Positions 26,701 to 40,035 of a DNA stretch of 64,000 nucleotides are shown piece after piece (within the stretch, counting starts at the first letter, position 1; the number at the start of each line of letters is the position of its first letter). A program made the translations under genes and the position numbers. The notes beneath the pieces are model-generated. The model was not told the DNA's origin. It did no database searches and saw nothing but the letters and a program-made list of their open reading frames with translations. Origin of the DNA: Mobula hypostoma (lineage: Eukaryota); contig NC_086097.1 in the NCBI RefSeq assembly GCF_963921235.1, positions 194,868,001 to 194,932,000 of the forward strand. Reading direction: 5' to 3'.

Positions 26701-26800
26701 TGAGTTGGATGATCAGCCATGATCATAATAAATGGCGGTGCAGGCTCGAAGGGCCGAATGGCCTACTCCTGCACCTATTTTCTATGTTTCTATGTTTCTA
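23785..26800 (+). mobile_element. Young CR1 LINE, near-complete ORF2 (APE plus RT) broken by a few stops/frameshifts
   Basis: VGITETW..MGDFN..GKSDH (APE); 588-aa ORF 24937-26703 with YLDFQKAFD, VPQGSVLGP and KFADDTK; (TTCTATGT)n tail. Confidence 0.95.
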
Positions 26801-27248
26801 TATTATTGAGGAGAACAGCCACAATGGTATTCTGCACTAGATGCCTATTCCTATTTCCTTTAATGAGAACCACCTTACATTATCGAGATGTAGAATTTGT
26901 AGATTGCTTTTATCACTATATCAATGAATCAAAGAAATATTTGAGGGTTGTCAAACCTACGTAATCATTCTTGCATTCCATGATAGTTTCTGGGTCAGCA
27001 GTTTCCTATTTAGGTTCCATGATTCCCTTTTAACCTTTTAGACTTTCTATAGGTAAAAGTCATCCAACAGAAAATAGTGATTTGTAAAACTCCTGCCTCA
27101 TTACCTTCGTCCCAGCATGAATAAAAGATTTGAGCTTAGTCTCAGGAGTTGGCCATTTAGATACTTTAATTAAGCTGTATGTTATCTCACATTGAGATTT
27201 AATACTTAGGTTCCCAGGGCTTGGTGAACCTGGTAGGTGGTGCTGTTT

Positions 27249-27655
27249 TGTGACTGGTGACTGAGACACTGGAGAAACTGAAGATTGTTGATAGAAGTGG
27301 TATTTATTCATCAGAACAAGCAGGACAGCAGAGTTCCCAAACTCAGAGTTCATCAGGTTTTTATACTTTAAAGGACAAAGGTAACAGCAGGTGATTCAAT
27401 ACAATGTCAATAGCTAGAATAGCACCATTGACTTCAATGTTTTCAGTGTGACAATACTTGCATTGAGGTGTCTCCCATCTATAATAGGAGACATCTCTGA
27501 ATGTTCAAACATCTTTGCTGGGATAAAATAATGCACAGGGATGGTCTGAAAGCTTCTGAGAACAGGAAACTGAAGCACACTAAATTAACGTGATGTGGAC
27601 TGACTCTTCAAGCACACGAATATCCAAACTACTGTTGACCATATTTAATGTGACA
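27249..27655 (-). mobile_element. Putative solo LTR
   Basis: TGT...ACA ends; on the minus strand TATAAAA (about 27360) lies upstream of AATAAA (about 27305). No TSD found. Confidence 0.3.
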
Positions 27656-27908
27656 ATATCAGTTAGGACTGCAAGCCCTATTAAATTTGGTCACAGTGAT
27701 ATAAATTAACTAAGCCATATCTGCTTTGCTTGATGCAGTCCAATAAACATATCTCCATTGCCTGATTTGGCTGATACATACAAGACCATCCATCAATTGG
27801 TCACTTCACTTTGCAAACCATATCTCTTGAGCTGCCAGCTCCCCGCTGTGGAACAGCAGCCTATGCTCTGCAGACAACAATGTTGATTTACAAAACTGTC
27901 CTTCCGAA

Positions 27909-28740
27909 AATCAGAATCAGAATCAGGTTTATTATCACTGACATACAATATGCAATGAAATTTATTGTTCTGCAGCATCAGTGTAGTGCAAGACAAAAAT
28001 TATAAACTGCAAAAAATCAATAAACAGTGTAAAAGAGGAATAATGAGGTCATGTTCATGGGTCTATGCACTGCTCAGAAATCTGATCTCAGCAGGGAAAA
28101 CCTGTCCCTAAAATGTTGACTGTGGGTCTTCAGGCTCCTGTCCCTCCTCCCTAATTATAGTAACCTTGATGGTGACGGTCCTTAATGATGGATGTTGAAG
28201 TTCTTCTTGAAGAACTGCCTCTTGAAGATGTCCTCAGTGTTGGGGAGGGTTGCACCCTATGCGTGATAGAAACATAGAAAATAGGTGCAGGAGTAGGCCA
28301 TTCAGCCCTTCGAGCCTGCACCGCCATTCAGTACGATCATGGCTGATCATCCAACTCTGAACCCTGTACCTGCCTTCTCTCGATATCCCCTGATCCCCTT
28401 AGCCACAAGGGCCATATCTAACTCCCTTTTAAATATAGCCAATGAACTGGCCTCAACTGTTTCCTGTGGCAGAGAATTTCACAGATTCACCACTCTCTGT
28501 GTGAAGAAGTTTTTCCTCATCTCGGTCCTAAAAGGCTTCCCCTTTATCCTCAAACTGTGACCCCTCGTTCTGGACTTCCCCAACATCGGGAACAATCTTC
28601 CTACATCTAGCCTGTCCAATCCCTTTAGAATTTTAGACATGATGGAGTTGGCTGAGTTTATAACCCTCTGCGCCCTCTTTCACTCCTGTACTTTGGAGCC
28701 TCCATACTGAGTGATGATGCAAACACACAGAATGCTTTTA
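27909..28740 (-). mobile_element. Rex1/L2-like 3' end interrupted by a CR1
   Basis: (ATCAGA)n tail and RT-end nucleotide motifs; resumes after 28636. Confidence 0.6.
28266..28636 (-). mobile_element. CR1 3' end, same young family as 23785-26800
   Basis: Close reverse-complement match to 26425-26795. Confidence 0.9.
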
Positions 28741-29570
28741 ACTTCAGACTGATTAATGCCTGCAGTTTACATTAAGAATAGAAGACTGGTTCTCATTTGA
28801 ATTAATATCTGATAGTGTCACATAATTTTTATCACTCCTGAACCCGTATAACTTTGGCTCTGGTTGCTATTGAATTTCTACGCATCTCCCCCTGACCAAA
28901 ACAGTTGTTGACATGTAAGGCAGTCAATATTGTCAGCAGATGCCAGTTAAATTATTTACTGGAGTTATGAATCATGAAACAATAACTCTTCTGTCTATCT
29001 GTATGAATGTGTGTAAGCCTAAGTATAGCAGTTCAATATAACACTTCAAAGAGAGATGTTGTAATCACATTGTACTATCCCTACTGCACTCGACAGCTTC
29101 AAGCCACATCAAGAACCACATTCCATGGTAAACACAAAACATTCAATACATTTGCATGCCAGAATCTGACAATGTAAATACAGTTGCATTCAGTAAATAG
29201 TTAAAGGGGATATATGAAGGTATAACCAAGTCATTTAAAAAGTCTATAACTTTTAAAAATGTTTATTAACGCTATATCATCTGTTGTTTGTTTTCACCCT
29301 GAAGAACAATGTTTGAATAGGCAGAAGGAGAATCTGTACTAACTAACAATTACCTTTATTGGTTCAGTTAAAAGAAACATGGAATTCATACAGTTTGGTT
29401 AAGGTAAGCATGCATTTCTTACAGGGCTAAATATCTGTGCATATACCTTCTAGGATTCCCTGACAATCTCTGAACAGTCAAAGAATAGAAAAGCTAATAC
29501 CCAAGAATGTGAATTCACACTAATCTCTTGTTCCTCACATACTCTCCACATTTCAGACATGGGGGTAATC

Positions 29571-30100
29571 TTTTTAATTCAAGTATATTTTATTCATAAT
29601 AAAAGTATTTACAGAAGAAGAAACTCTGGAAAATTTTTACGTTCAACATCATTACATTCAGTCATGTTAACCCATTTATTAAAACCATAGCACCATTGAC
29701 ATTAACGTGACCTTCTCAGATGACACACCATTTTAAGTCAGACGCTCCATTTATTGTAGTAGAAGGAGCCTAGACTGTGGCCCTTCCCTACAGAGCCCTT
29801 ACACTGGCTGCACCAAGCTTCACTGCAACCCTCAGCTGTACTCCTGCACTGGAATGTGCCAGTTGCCTGCAATCCCTTACAAATATCTTGCTGTGCTGGA
29901 AGACCAACAGATTTTAGGCAACCAAAAAGAGCCTTTCACTGAGTTGAGAGTCTTCCATCAGCACCTGATATCTGTCTCAGTGTGTACTGGGAACATCAGA
30001 GTCCTCAGCTGCCTGGATCAACTGAGAAAAGGTCTCTTGTATCCTTAGTAAATCCACAGTCTACAAAGAGATGTGCCATCAATGTCTGTGATGGTTATTC
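29571..30100 (-). mobile_element. Tx1/L1-clade LINE 3' end relic
   Basis: Decayed FPVHTETDIRC.WKTLNSVK..QEY ORF2 C-terminus; AATAAA and an A-rich tail on the minus strand. Confidence 0.6.
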
Positions 30101-30287
30101 TCCACTGCTTTTACTGCTGCTACACCCAAAATGCTCCATTCTAATCCTCCTTTCTTATTAGATCAATCTATTGTATTTCAATTTTATTAGCTCTGGCTTA
30201 TCTGGTTAATCGGAATTAGTTCCTCATTGCATTTGGCCCAAGTCTCCAGGTAACATTACTTCAGTGCTCTTTCACTGGTTAAAGATT

Positions 30288-30390
30288 TGGGTCGACCAGC
30301 CAAGGGTGTCTGATGATTAAAGACCCGAAACACCCTATGGCCCCGGGTTCATCACTGAAGACGTGTCCAATTAGCACCAGAAGGTGTATT
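30288..30390 (+). mobile_element. Possible 3' UTR fragment of a HERO-like RLE element
   Basis: gggtcg..agggtgtctgatgattaaagacccgaaacaccc..catcactgaagacgtgtcc resembles RLE-LINE 3' UTRs from memory only. Confidence 0.3.
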
Positions 30391-30744
30391 CTATAACTAT
30401 GCCTCATGTCACTTTCTTTGTTCTCTCTGAGCCAGACCAGTTCAAACTAATTCAACCAGTTCAGTCAGACACTGAGCTTGAGTTTTCAGGTCACAGGCTG
30501 CTCTTTTCATCAGCATGCAGTTTCTATCTAACCAATTATGGCTTGCGGCTTCTTATTTGGAAATGATTTCTAGTTTAGTGGATTGTCAGTAGAGGTTTTG
30601 TTATGTCCATTTTCAATTGCTCTAATCAAGCCATCACCAAGCAATAACCAGTTCATGAAACTGTTCACAAAATGGTGGTTGCAAGCTGTGTCTTACAAAA
30701 TGGCAAGAACAAAGACATCTACAGGAACCTAAAGACAAACACTA

Positions 30745-30965
30745 TACACCTCTGCCACCAGATTTTGGAATGGACAATGAGCACTACCTCACTATTTTGT
30801 TGTCTTTTTGCAACTTATTTGATTTAATATTTTATATACAGTATATTTCTTATTTTAATTGATAGTATTTGTATGTATTGCATTGTAATGCTGCCACAAA
30901 ACAACAACAAATTTCACAACATATGTCAGTAATATTAAACCAAATTATGACTCTTCTGATTCTGA
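30745..30965 (+). mobile_element. Rex1/L2-like 3' tail
   Basis: Same tail motifs as 27909-28000 (aaatttca..atatgtcagtaatattaaacc..tctgattctga). Confidence 0.55.
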
Positions 30966-32118
30966 CATTTAGATTGTCTATTTCTACTGTCCTTGACTCA
31001 TTCTAATTAGCTGTTTTGCAGAGTTTAATTCCTTTATGGCCAAAATAACCAAATAAGAGGGATTGGAATGGGCCTATGAAAGTGCCTAAAAAGCCTAATA
31101 TTCAGTTTATGAACTATTCAGAGCACAGTTCAGTATATATAAGCAATGCTGATTTCCCCATGAGCATGCCATTCCTCATTATAACCTCATTAAAAGTCAT
31201 TACCTTAACAGTTTAATATAGCGTTTTCCAAGCTACCATGTAATAAAGTATAACCTGTAAATGGAAACATGCAAATTGATGTTTAGCTTTGCCTGAGATT
31301 ATTAGAGTATTGAAAGTAATAAGAAAAGACAATTGGAAGGTATTCTGAATTTAAAAGTAAAACATCATAACCTTTTTTCATTGCTTCCTCTCGAGTGAGA
31401 CATCTGATTGTTTATTCTATTTTTGACCGCTCATCTTAAGTAAGAAGATTTTAGTTAAGGGTATCAATTTAAAATAATTATTGGACTCCAATGAGCAGAT
31501 TCCTTTCATCAGTCAAATTGTCATCATTCTCCAAAGAAATGCATATGATTCGTAAGTAACAAAACATTGTATTCTAAAATTAATGAGGGAAACAAAACAA
31601 TTAATCTTGGCATACACTAATTAATTTGCAATTAATGTTAGTATTATAGGGCATTGTTGCACAGGAGAACAAGAAGAAGAAATATCATAAATATCAATCA
31701 TGGAAACGTTCACTTCCTGAATCACTGATAACACTACATCCAAAGTCTGTAAACTTCATAATTATTAGTCAGCCCCAGATCTTACAATGAAACCACTGAG
31801 AACAATCAAAACAACCGAACCAATCTTCATTCATGACTATAAGATAGGTCCAGAAGGTGACAACCTGCTACTACTACCTAATTTATAATATTTTTGGCAT
31901 GCATTCAGCATACAAACAAGTAGCATCGGGTATGTGTTACAGGATTAATAATCCCAAGACCTGTACTGTGGATGCTGAAACATGACATTAAATTCCACCA
32001 TGGCTACTGAAGAATTTAAATTAATATTGACCATCGTTAATACTGACCATGAAATCACGGGAATATAATAAAAATTCATCTGGTTTACCAGTATCCTTCA
32101 GTGAAGGAAATCTACATT

Positions 32119-32480
32119 CTTTTTACTTTATACTTTATTGTCACCAAACAATTGATACTAGAACGTACAATCATCATAGCGATATTTGATTCTGCGCTTC
32201 CCGCTCCCTGGATTAAAAATCCATAGTAAATATTAAAAATTTAAATAATAAATAATAAATAGAAAATAGGAAAATGGAAAGTAAGGTCGTGCAAAAAAAA
32301 CGAGATGCAGGTCCGGATATTTGGAGGGTACGGCCCAGATCCGGGTCAGGATCCGTTCAGCAGTCTTATCACAGTTGGAAAGAAGCTGTTCCCAAATCTG
32401 GCTGTATGAGTCTTCAGGCTCCTGAGGGAAGGGGGACGAAAAGTGTGTTGGCTGGGTGGGTCGTGCCCTTGATTATCCTG
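32119..32480 (-). mobile_element. Rex1/L2-like LINE 3' end
   Basis: SLKTHTARFGNSFFPTVIRLLNG C-terminus; GTAAA-like tail. Confidence 0.75.
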
Positions 32481-32549
32481 AATGAATCTACATTCATTTC
32501 TGCCCTCCAGACCCATAACAATGTAGTTGATTCTCAAAAGCCCTTTGAA

Positions 32550-35097
32550 ATCTGTGGTAAATTGCAGAAACCAAACTCAGAGCAGACCTTGTGCTATGGT
32601 CAGCCTCACTCTTCTCGTTTACATCATCCAGCTTACAGTGCCCTGGGAGGCTGCAGTGGAGGAGGCCTACGAGCACAAGAGGCTGCGGTATGCTGAGCGT
32701 GCAGCCGATGCACAACAATGTGGCTGGAAAGCAAGGGTCCGACAGGTCGAAGTAAGCTGCAGAGGATTTGTAGCCACATCAACATCAAGGCTACTCCGGG
32801 AGTCCGGAGTGCGAGGGAAGACACACCGGCAAGCAGTCAAAGACCTCCCCAGAGCTGCTGAAAAGGGTAGTCAGTGGCTCTGGATGAAGAGAAACGATTC
32901 CATCTGGGCCCCCAGGTGAGTGAAAGGCATCTAAGAGGTGAGTCCAGGACGCTGGGATTCACTGCTGAACCCTCCGAAGGTGTTGTGGGCCTATCAGCAA
33001 AATGCTGAGGAAAGAGGGCGCCTGCTTGTTACCCCAGAAGATGCCAGCACTCACTTGGCCACCCTACAGAGTCTAGGCAGCATGTCTCAGGAGTGCAAAT
33101 AAGGGATATTAACATCTAGTCCTACATAACATATTGGTCATCTAGTGAACCAGTGACTGCTGTGAAAGAGCAGCTGATAACTAGGGAAAGACCTTGTGAC
33201 AGCATGGAAAGACAGATGGCAGGAGGGAACAGACCCCACTGGGGCTTCTGCGGGCTAGCTAACCGCGACAGCGGGATCCAGCACGCAAAGGTGTGTGGGT
33301 CCCACCCACCCTTGGCTATGAATTGGCTACAAAAACTTGTAAGAAGAAGATACCCACTGAGTCAGCGAGAGCGCAGGCAGAAGATGACTCATCGGTAGAC
33401 AACCCGGCCACTGATTCAGGAACGGAACAGACAATGAGTTGTGTGATCAGCATACCTGAGGCTGCAGCAGCTACAGCAGGACTCAAGCTCCAGAGTTGCA
33501 CATGTGACTGGGCAAAGGTTACTTCCACTACAGGCCTGAAAATACATCAGGGCAGGAAAGGATGCCTGAAGAAGGGGCAACAGGGACCTCGCATCGACAG
33601 CTACTTTTTGAGAAGCAGGTTGAGTCAATCGACTGAAGTTCAGCAGCAGGACAAAACCCAAAGTCTGCAGGACATCAATACCCCGTCCCAGCGGAGGAAG
33701 AGCACGGCACAGGAGAGCAACCCGAACCCAGCCCATTACGACCTGCAACGGAAAAGAAGATCCAGAGGTGAAAGCCCATTGATCAAGTGGCTAAAATCCT
33801 GCAAGAAGGTAATGCGGGAGGAGGTCAATGCTGACCTCTCCAACATCTTAGAGATGCACAGAGGCACCACCATGAAGAAGTTGGAAAGAATGGGGAATTA
33901 ATCTATAACAATGGAGCGGAAAGTTTTGGAGTGCTAGAGAGGAAGAAAACTACATCGGCGATCCCCACTAAGTCCAGGAGGCAGAAGGAAATAGATCGTC
34001 TAGTCAGAGAGAGGAGGCAGCTGAAGAAACAATGGAGGAAGGCATAAACCTGTTGCAAGCAGACATCCGGAGCAGCTCGTGACACTAAGGAGAGCTGAGA
34101 ACCTGGTAAGGAAGCATAGGAAGAAGGAGCGGACAAGAACAAGCTTCTATAAAGATCCCTTCAAGTTTGTGAAGGGTCTCTTCACGGGGAGAAGAGTGGA
34201 AGTCTCTCAGTGTCAAAGGCAGAACTGGAAAAACACCTGGAAAAGTTATACAGAGACAACAGACGCCACGAAGAGATCACCCTCCCAACTGACATGCCAC
34301 CAATTCATCCACCGGAACACCAACTAGATATCAGCTGCCTAGATGGAGTGAGGTGGAGAAAACTGTTGATAGAGCAAGGGCCGCATTAGGCCCAGGTCCC
34401 AATGGAGTGCCATACAGGCTCTACAAAAATGCACCAGGTGTCCTGCCGTTTCTCTGGAGGCTCACGAAGGTGATATGGCGTAAACAGGAGATAACAACAT
34501 CCTGGCAGAGAGCCGGAGGAATCCTGATCCCAAAGGAAAAGGGTTCATCAGAAATCGGCCAGTTCCTCCAGATTAGTCTCCTAAATGTTGAGGGCAAAAT
34601 CTTCTTTAGTGTGGTGGCTCATAGGCTGTTAAGATATCTGAAAAGAAACCATCTGATTGATACATCAATCCAGAAAGCAGTGATCTCGGGCTTCTTTGAC
34701 TGTCTGGAACACACTTGCACCATCTGGCATCAGATCCAGGTCGCCAAGGAGGAGGGAACAGATCTTCACGTGGTGTTCCTGGACCTCGCCATTGCCTTCA
34801 GCTCAGTCCCTTAATACCTCCTCTGGACTGATTTTGACTTCTTCAGGGTCCCAGTGGCCCTCACAAGCCTCGTTAAGGACTACTTCCAGGACGTGCAGCT
34901 ATGTTTGACCACAACAGATTACACCACAGTGTGGAAACATCTGGAAGTGGGAATCATGGCCGGTTGTACCATCTCCCCCGCTAGCCTTCACCATGGCCAT
35001 GGAGGTGATCATTAAAGCATCTCGATGAGTAGTTGGAGGACAGCGCATAAAACCTGGCCTGAGGCTGCCACCTATCAGAGCATACATGGATGATCTG
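32550..35097 (+). mobile_element. HERO/NeSL-like RLE non-LTR retrotransposon, two halves in permuted order
   Basis: RLE IQLTVPWEAAVEEAYEHKRLRY..VEVSCRGF..WLWMKR* (32550-32919), then N-terminal CxC..GLKIHQGRKGC zinc finger and RT (GPGPNGVPY, SLLNVEGKIF, FLDLAIAF, GIMAGCTISP, YMDD). Confidence 0.85.
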
Positions 35098-37074
35098 CAT
35101 AACATATTGAGTTATACTAAACTGAAAAGAAAAGCAATAATAAGAACAAAACTGAACAGCCACCAAGTGTTAACCAAGACACTAAATTCAGTTCAGATAA
35201 AAACACATTCAGTTGAGTTGACTTATGAAAACCTCACTAATAACTGCAAAATTATGGCAGAAATAAGAATTTTGTGAACAGCCAATTTTCAACAGCATCT
35301 TATAAAAAATGGTCTTTCTGCTTATCATATCAAAGGTCAATGAATGCAATGTAAAATAGTTCCTGCTATTCATAGCTTCATCTTTGCACTAGGCACAATG
35401 TGATGGACTTGTCACTTGGAAGCACCCAGCTCACTGATCTCAGAAACGACTCGTTCAACAGGAGCTTTCTCAGTAAGATATATGCAAGCATATTAACAAG
35501 TCACTTGATCAGGCGAATTAATGTTGAATCCACAGTGAATGTTTTGTTTTTTAAATACTGGAAGCATTTAGTGTAAATTGCAACTGTAGAGAAAGATGGA
35601 GTTAATACTTCAACTTAATGTGCTCTTCCTGCAAAAACAGGAAACTATAACACATTGTTAACTTTCCATAACATTTTTCATTCCATCCACTACAGTGACT
35701 GTCACACTTATGTTTCCTCAAAAGAATGTGCCTTTGCTAAATCTACTTCTATACAGTGTGCTCCCAGTGGTTGCAACTTGTCTGGTGCAACATTGCTGTC
35801 TTGTGAAATATGAGGATGAATGTGGCTGTGAAACAAGATGCTCTGGGCTAAAAAGGCTGTGTCAGGTGGGAAACGGAATGTGAGATGGCAGATTTGTTCT
35901 ATGGGATGTCCTACCATGAGTGGTATCAGCTGGAATGGAATTGACTGACAGGCAATCGAAGAAGCACTGGTGAAGTGGGAGGATCAGAGAACAAATGAAT
36001 CCTAACAAACGTGAGTAAGGGGGGAGATGAGAACAGGTGAATTGGACCAACCCCCCTCTCCTCCATCAGTAATTCTAGTGTTCTGATGGAGGATAGATTG
36101 CTGAATTCTTAAGGCTGAGGGCTCAAAAGCCAGTAGGCCAAGCATCCACGATGGCATTCAGACATTGTGTGTATTGGGCTGCTTTGAAAGCTGAGATAAC
36201 AATATTGCATGATGAATGAAAGCACAGGTGCTCATCCTGTTGGAAATAATGGGCTCCAGGCTCTGCACAAAGCTCCTTCAGAGGTTGTTGCTTGACACCT
36301 TTCACTCAGGCTTCTTGGCAGACCATTCTAGTGTACCGAACCTCTTATGCCTACATTTCAGCTGTCTTCTTAATGCAGCTACATCATAGCTCTTGTATAA
36401 GATTGCTACAAAGTCCTAAGCAACCTTAGCCTCTGGAGAGCTGACAATTCATTTAACCTTTTCTTTGACCTGCATGTAGCCCACCCTGCTGTCCAATGAG
36501 TTACCACAAGTCAATTACTCAATGTGAATCATAGTCGCTGTCATTATTTGAGCTGGTGACTGTAAGAAAAATCAAATGACCATGGCAACTTCTTCATTTA
36601 TGCTGTGTTGCTGTTCCAGAAGGGAGCCATTAAACAAATATTTTACAGGTTTCCAATGCTGGGCTGGGAAATGTTCCAGAGGTCTTCTTTAAATTCTGTA
36701 GCTGCTGGGCAAATGTAGCTATTAAAAACAGGTTTAGTTTGGAGCAAAACATCAGAGACAAGGATGTTACCTCATTAAAGCTTTGTCCTTTCTTCTTCAT
36801 AATAAAGATTAAAGTTCCAACACTTTGAAGCAATACCCTTCCTGAGACTGAAATTAAGGACCTGGAATTGATAATTTTATTCTGTATCTGGCTTCATATA
36901 TAACTGAAATGGGTGTGCCTTTACCAACTATAGAAAAACTTACCATTTCCCATCTGTTAACTTACTTTGCTTTGAATTTTTTTAATTTTTCTGGGAGAAA
37001 AGTAAAACATTAATTTCAGCTTGGAACATAATATGTGATACAAATGTAAGAAAAGGTTGTGCATTTCATTATCT

Positions 37075-37294
37075 TATCAATTGGACTTCGTTTGTTAATC
37101 CTCTCCATGCCTTGTGGTGAATCAGGCAGCAACGTTGCTGTTCCTTTGGCATTTGTCTGTTTTTTAACAGAGGCCGAGTTGCTAGCTCGACGCTCAAACC
37201 AGCATGGATGGAAAACGTGCAAAGAGCCGGCCGGATTCGAACCCAGGACCTCTCGCCTCGAAGTCCGGTGTTGATACTACTGCATCACTGGCCA
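37075..37294 (-). mobile_element. tRNA-derived SINE
   Basis: Head ggccagtgatgcagtag...GGTTCGAATCC (A-like box and perfect B box) followed by a non-tRNA body. Confidence 0.7.
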
Positions 37295-38681
37295 GCAAGA
37301 GCTTCATTATAGAATGCTTTAACAAATATTACCTTAACCTTTTTGGCAATAGTAATCCAATTTACTACCTCAATTTTCAGCCAACTTTGGTTCTGCTAGA
37401 TCTATCAAAACCATAACTCTTCTGCATTTGTTTTGTACTACTCCATACTAATATTTTTCCTTTCACTTCAACTTCAGTCTAAATATATATTCTTTGATAA
37501 ACACAAGATAGTCAACAGATGGTGGAAATCCAAAGCAATAGACACAAAATGGTGGCTGAATAAGCATCTCAGTCCAAAATGTCAATTGTATGTTCATTTC
37601 CATAGATGCTGCCTTACCTGCTGAATTCCTCCAGCATTTTGTGTGTGTTGTATTATTTGATAGTTCCTTTTTTGATTTGACCTGAACTATGTTTACACAT
37701 CATGGTTAAATAAAGCACTCTAAATGTGAAATGATAGATTCTGGTTCCCATTGCAATGCAGTGATTATACTTGTACTGAAGAAGTTAATAACATAATGTT
37801 TCTTACCGATGTTACTTGGGATTAGCAGGTTTGCTGTAAATAGCAAGTTAGGTGCAGATTAACAAAGAAAAATAATTTCAATCCATTCAGAAATCTCATT
37901 TTATTTTTATTAAATGGTGTTTACTTCAAGCTATGCATAGCTCTTCAGCAAACCCCAGTGTAATTTGTAAAGCAGTTAGCAACACAGCGAGGTCATCTTA
38001 ACCCATGCCTTGAGGCGGGCCCTGAAGGTTGTAGCAAGTCAGATAATAGCAGGAGGAGATGATACAAGGGTAAGAATATCCAGGTACATGAAATTGTCTG
38101 AGTTCTGCTTTCACACTTAACATCAATGTGCTGCAGAGGTTGTACTTTGATAATTTCAGATGAAGAGCACAGTGGGTGAAATTGACTTCCAGTGGTAGAA
38201 CAAAGTGGTGATAATGAAATCAATGCTGAATATTTGCTCCCATCAGTAAACAGGAGAGCATAATTTGCTGCCCCACTCTGAACTCCCATTGAAGAATATA
38301 AGCTCCACATTAGAGTCCTAGAGCATGTGAACTGTCTGTTCAGCCCATTACGTTCATGTGACAATATCCCGAGCAATGAAGAAGGAAACAGATGCAGAGT
38401 GTTCAGTACTGGTTTCAGCACCAGAAGTTGTTTCATGATCTCGTTGGATAAGGAATAGTGAACACGACTTCAAATCCATGAATACAAAATGCCTCCACCA
38501 TCATTGCACTACAATGTCAAATATATTCCATTACTTTCTATTTTATATATTCTTAAATTTCAGCAACACGTTATGTACCATTTCTAATTATTTTGACTAA
38601 TTCTACTTCTCTTTCAACAGATGCTGTCTGACCTGCTGACAGTTTCCAACATTTTCTGTTTTTGTTACAGAATTCCCGCAT

Positions 38682-39722
38682 TTGAATTGAATTGACTTTA
38701 TTTATTTCTTTACATCCTTCACATACATGAGTAAAAATCTTTACGTTATGTCTCCGTCTAAATGCGCAATCTGCAAACATAGCAGTTTATAATAACTTAT
38801 AATAAATAAAACCGTTCAATATAACTTAGAAATATACTCAAATCAGCGCAAGGTAATCAGTCTGGTGGCCTGGTGGAAGAAGCTGTCCCGGAGCCTGTTG
38901 GTCCTGGCTTTTATACTGTGGAACTGTTTCCTGGAAGGGAGAAGACGGAATAGATTGTGGTTGGGGTGATTCAAGTCCCCAGTGATCCTTTGGGTTCTTT
39001 TTACACATCTGTCTTTGTAAATGTCCTGAATCATGGGAAGTTCACACTACAGATGCACTGTGCGGTCCACACCACTCTCTGCAGAATCCTGTGATTAAGG
39101 GAGGTACAATTCCCATACCAGGCAGTGATGCAACCAGTCAGAATGTTCTCAATTGTGCCCCTGTAGAAAGCCCTTAGGATTTGGGGGCCCATACCAGCTT
39201 CCTCAACTGTCAGAGGTGAAAGTGGTGCTTTTTGCCTTTTTCACCACATATCTGGTATGTACAGACCACGAGGTCCTTGGTGATGTGGATGCCAAGGAAC
39301 TTACAGCTGTTTACCCTCTCAAACTCAGATCCATTGATGTCAATAGGGGTTAGCCCATCTCCATTCCTCCTGTAATCTACAACCAGCTCCTTTGTTTCTG
39401 CGACATTGAGAGAGAGGTTATTTTCTGACACAACTGTGTCAGAGAGATGACTTCTTCTCTGTAGGCCACCTCATTATTGTTTGAGATTAGGCCAATCGAT
39501 GTAGTGTCATTTAATGAGCAGATTAGACCCGTGGGTGGAGACACAGTCATGGGTATACAGGGAGTAAAGGAGGGGACTTAGTCCACAGCCCTGAGGGGCT
39601 CCTGTATTTAGAGTCAGAGGGGTGGAGGTGAGGGAGCCCACTCTTACCATCTGTGGGTGATCTAATAGGAAGTCCAAGATCCAGCTGCACAAGGTAGGGT
39701 CAAGGCCAAGGTCTCTGAGCTT
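38682..39722 (-). mobile_element. Rex1/Babar LINE (family A), 5'-truncated
   Basis: CSWILDFL..GAPQGCGLSPLLYSLYTHDC; (TCAAT)n tail; homologous to 2400-4720. Confidence 0.9.
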
Positions 39723-40035
39723 GACTTCCAGTGGTAGAACAAAGTGGTGATAATGAAATCAATGCTGAATTTCTTCTCTCTCTCAGCAATTTATTTTTGA
39801 TTTTCATGTACTGTTTCACGTAATAAATTATTATTTAGCATAACCAAAAGCAACTGTGGTTGTAAGAGGTCATTTGTCCCAGCTCAATAGCACTCAACTG
39901 TATTCAAGGTACCATATCATCTTCAGTTACACCATCAATGAAACTTTATTTGTTTGCTTGTTTCTTTCTTTCTTTATTGAGAGATATAGTGTGGCAATTT
40001 TAAGGTAACAAAATGATAGAGGAACTCAGCAGGCC

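Noticed and set aside
24036..26726. Long antisense ORFs over the CR1 (212, 134 and 230 aa), and similar ones over Rex1 and Gypsy
   Set aside because: Shadow frames of TE coding sequence with no independent protein signal.
37225..37294. tRNA gene
   Set aside because: The acceptor stem and A box are imperfect and it runs into a SINE body, so it is a SINE head.
37993..38436. 147-aa minus-strand ORF in unique DNA
   Set aside because: No recognisable domain or convincing splice boundaries; compatible with chance.
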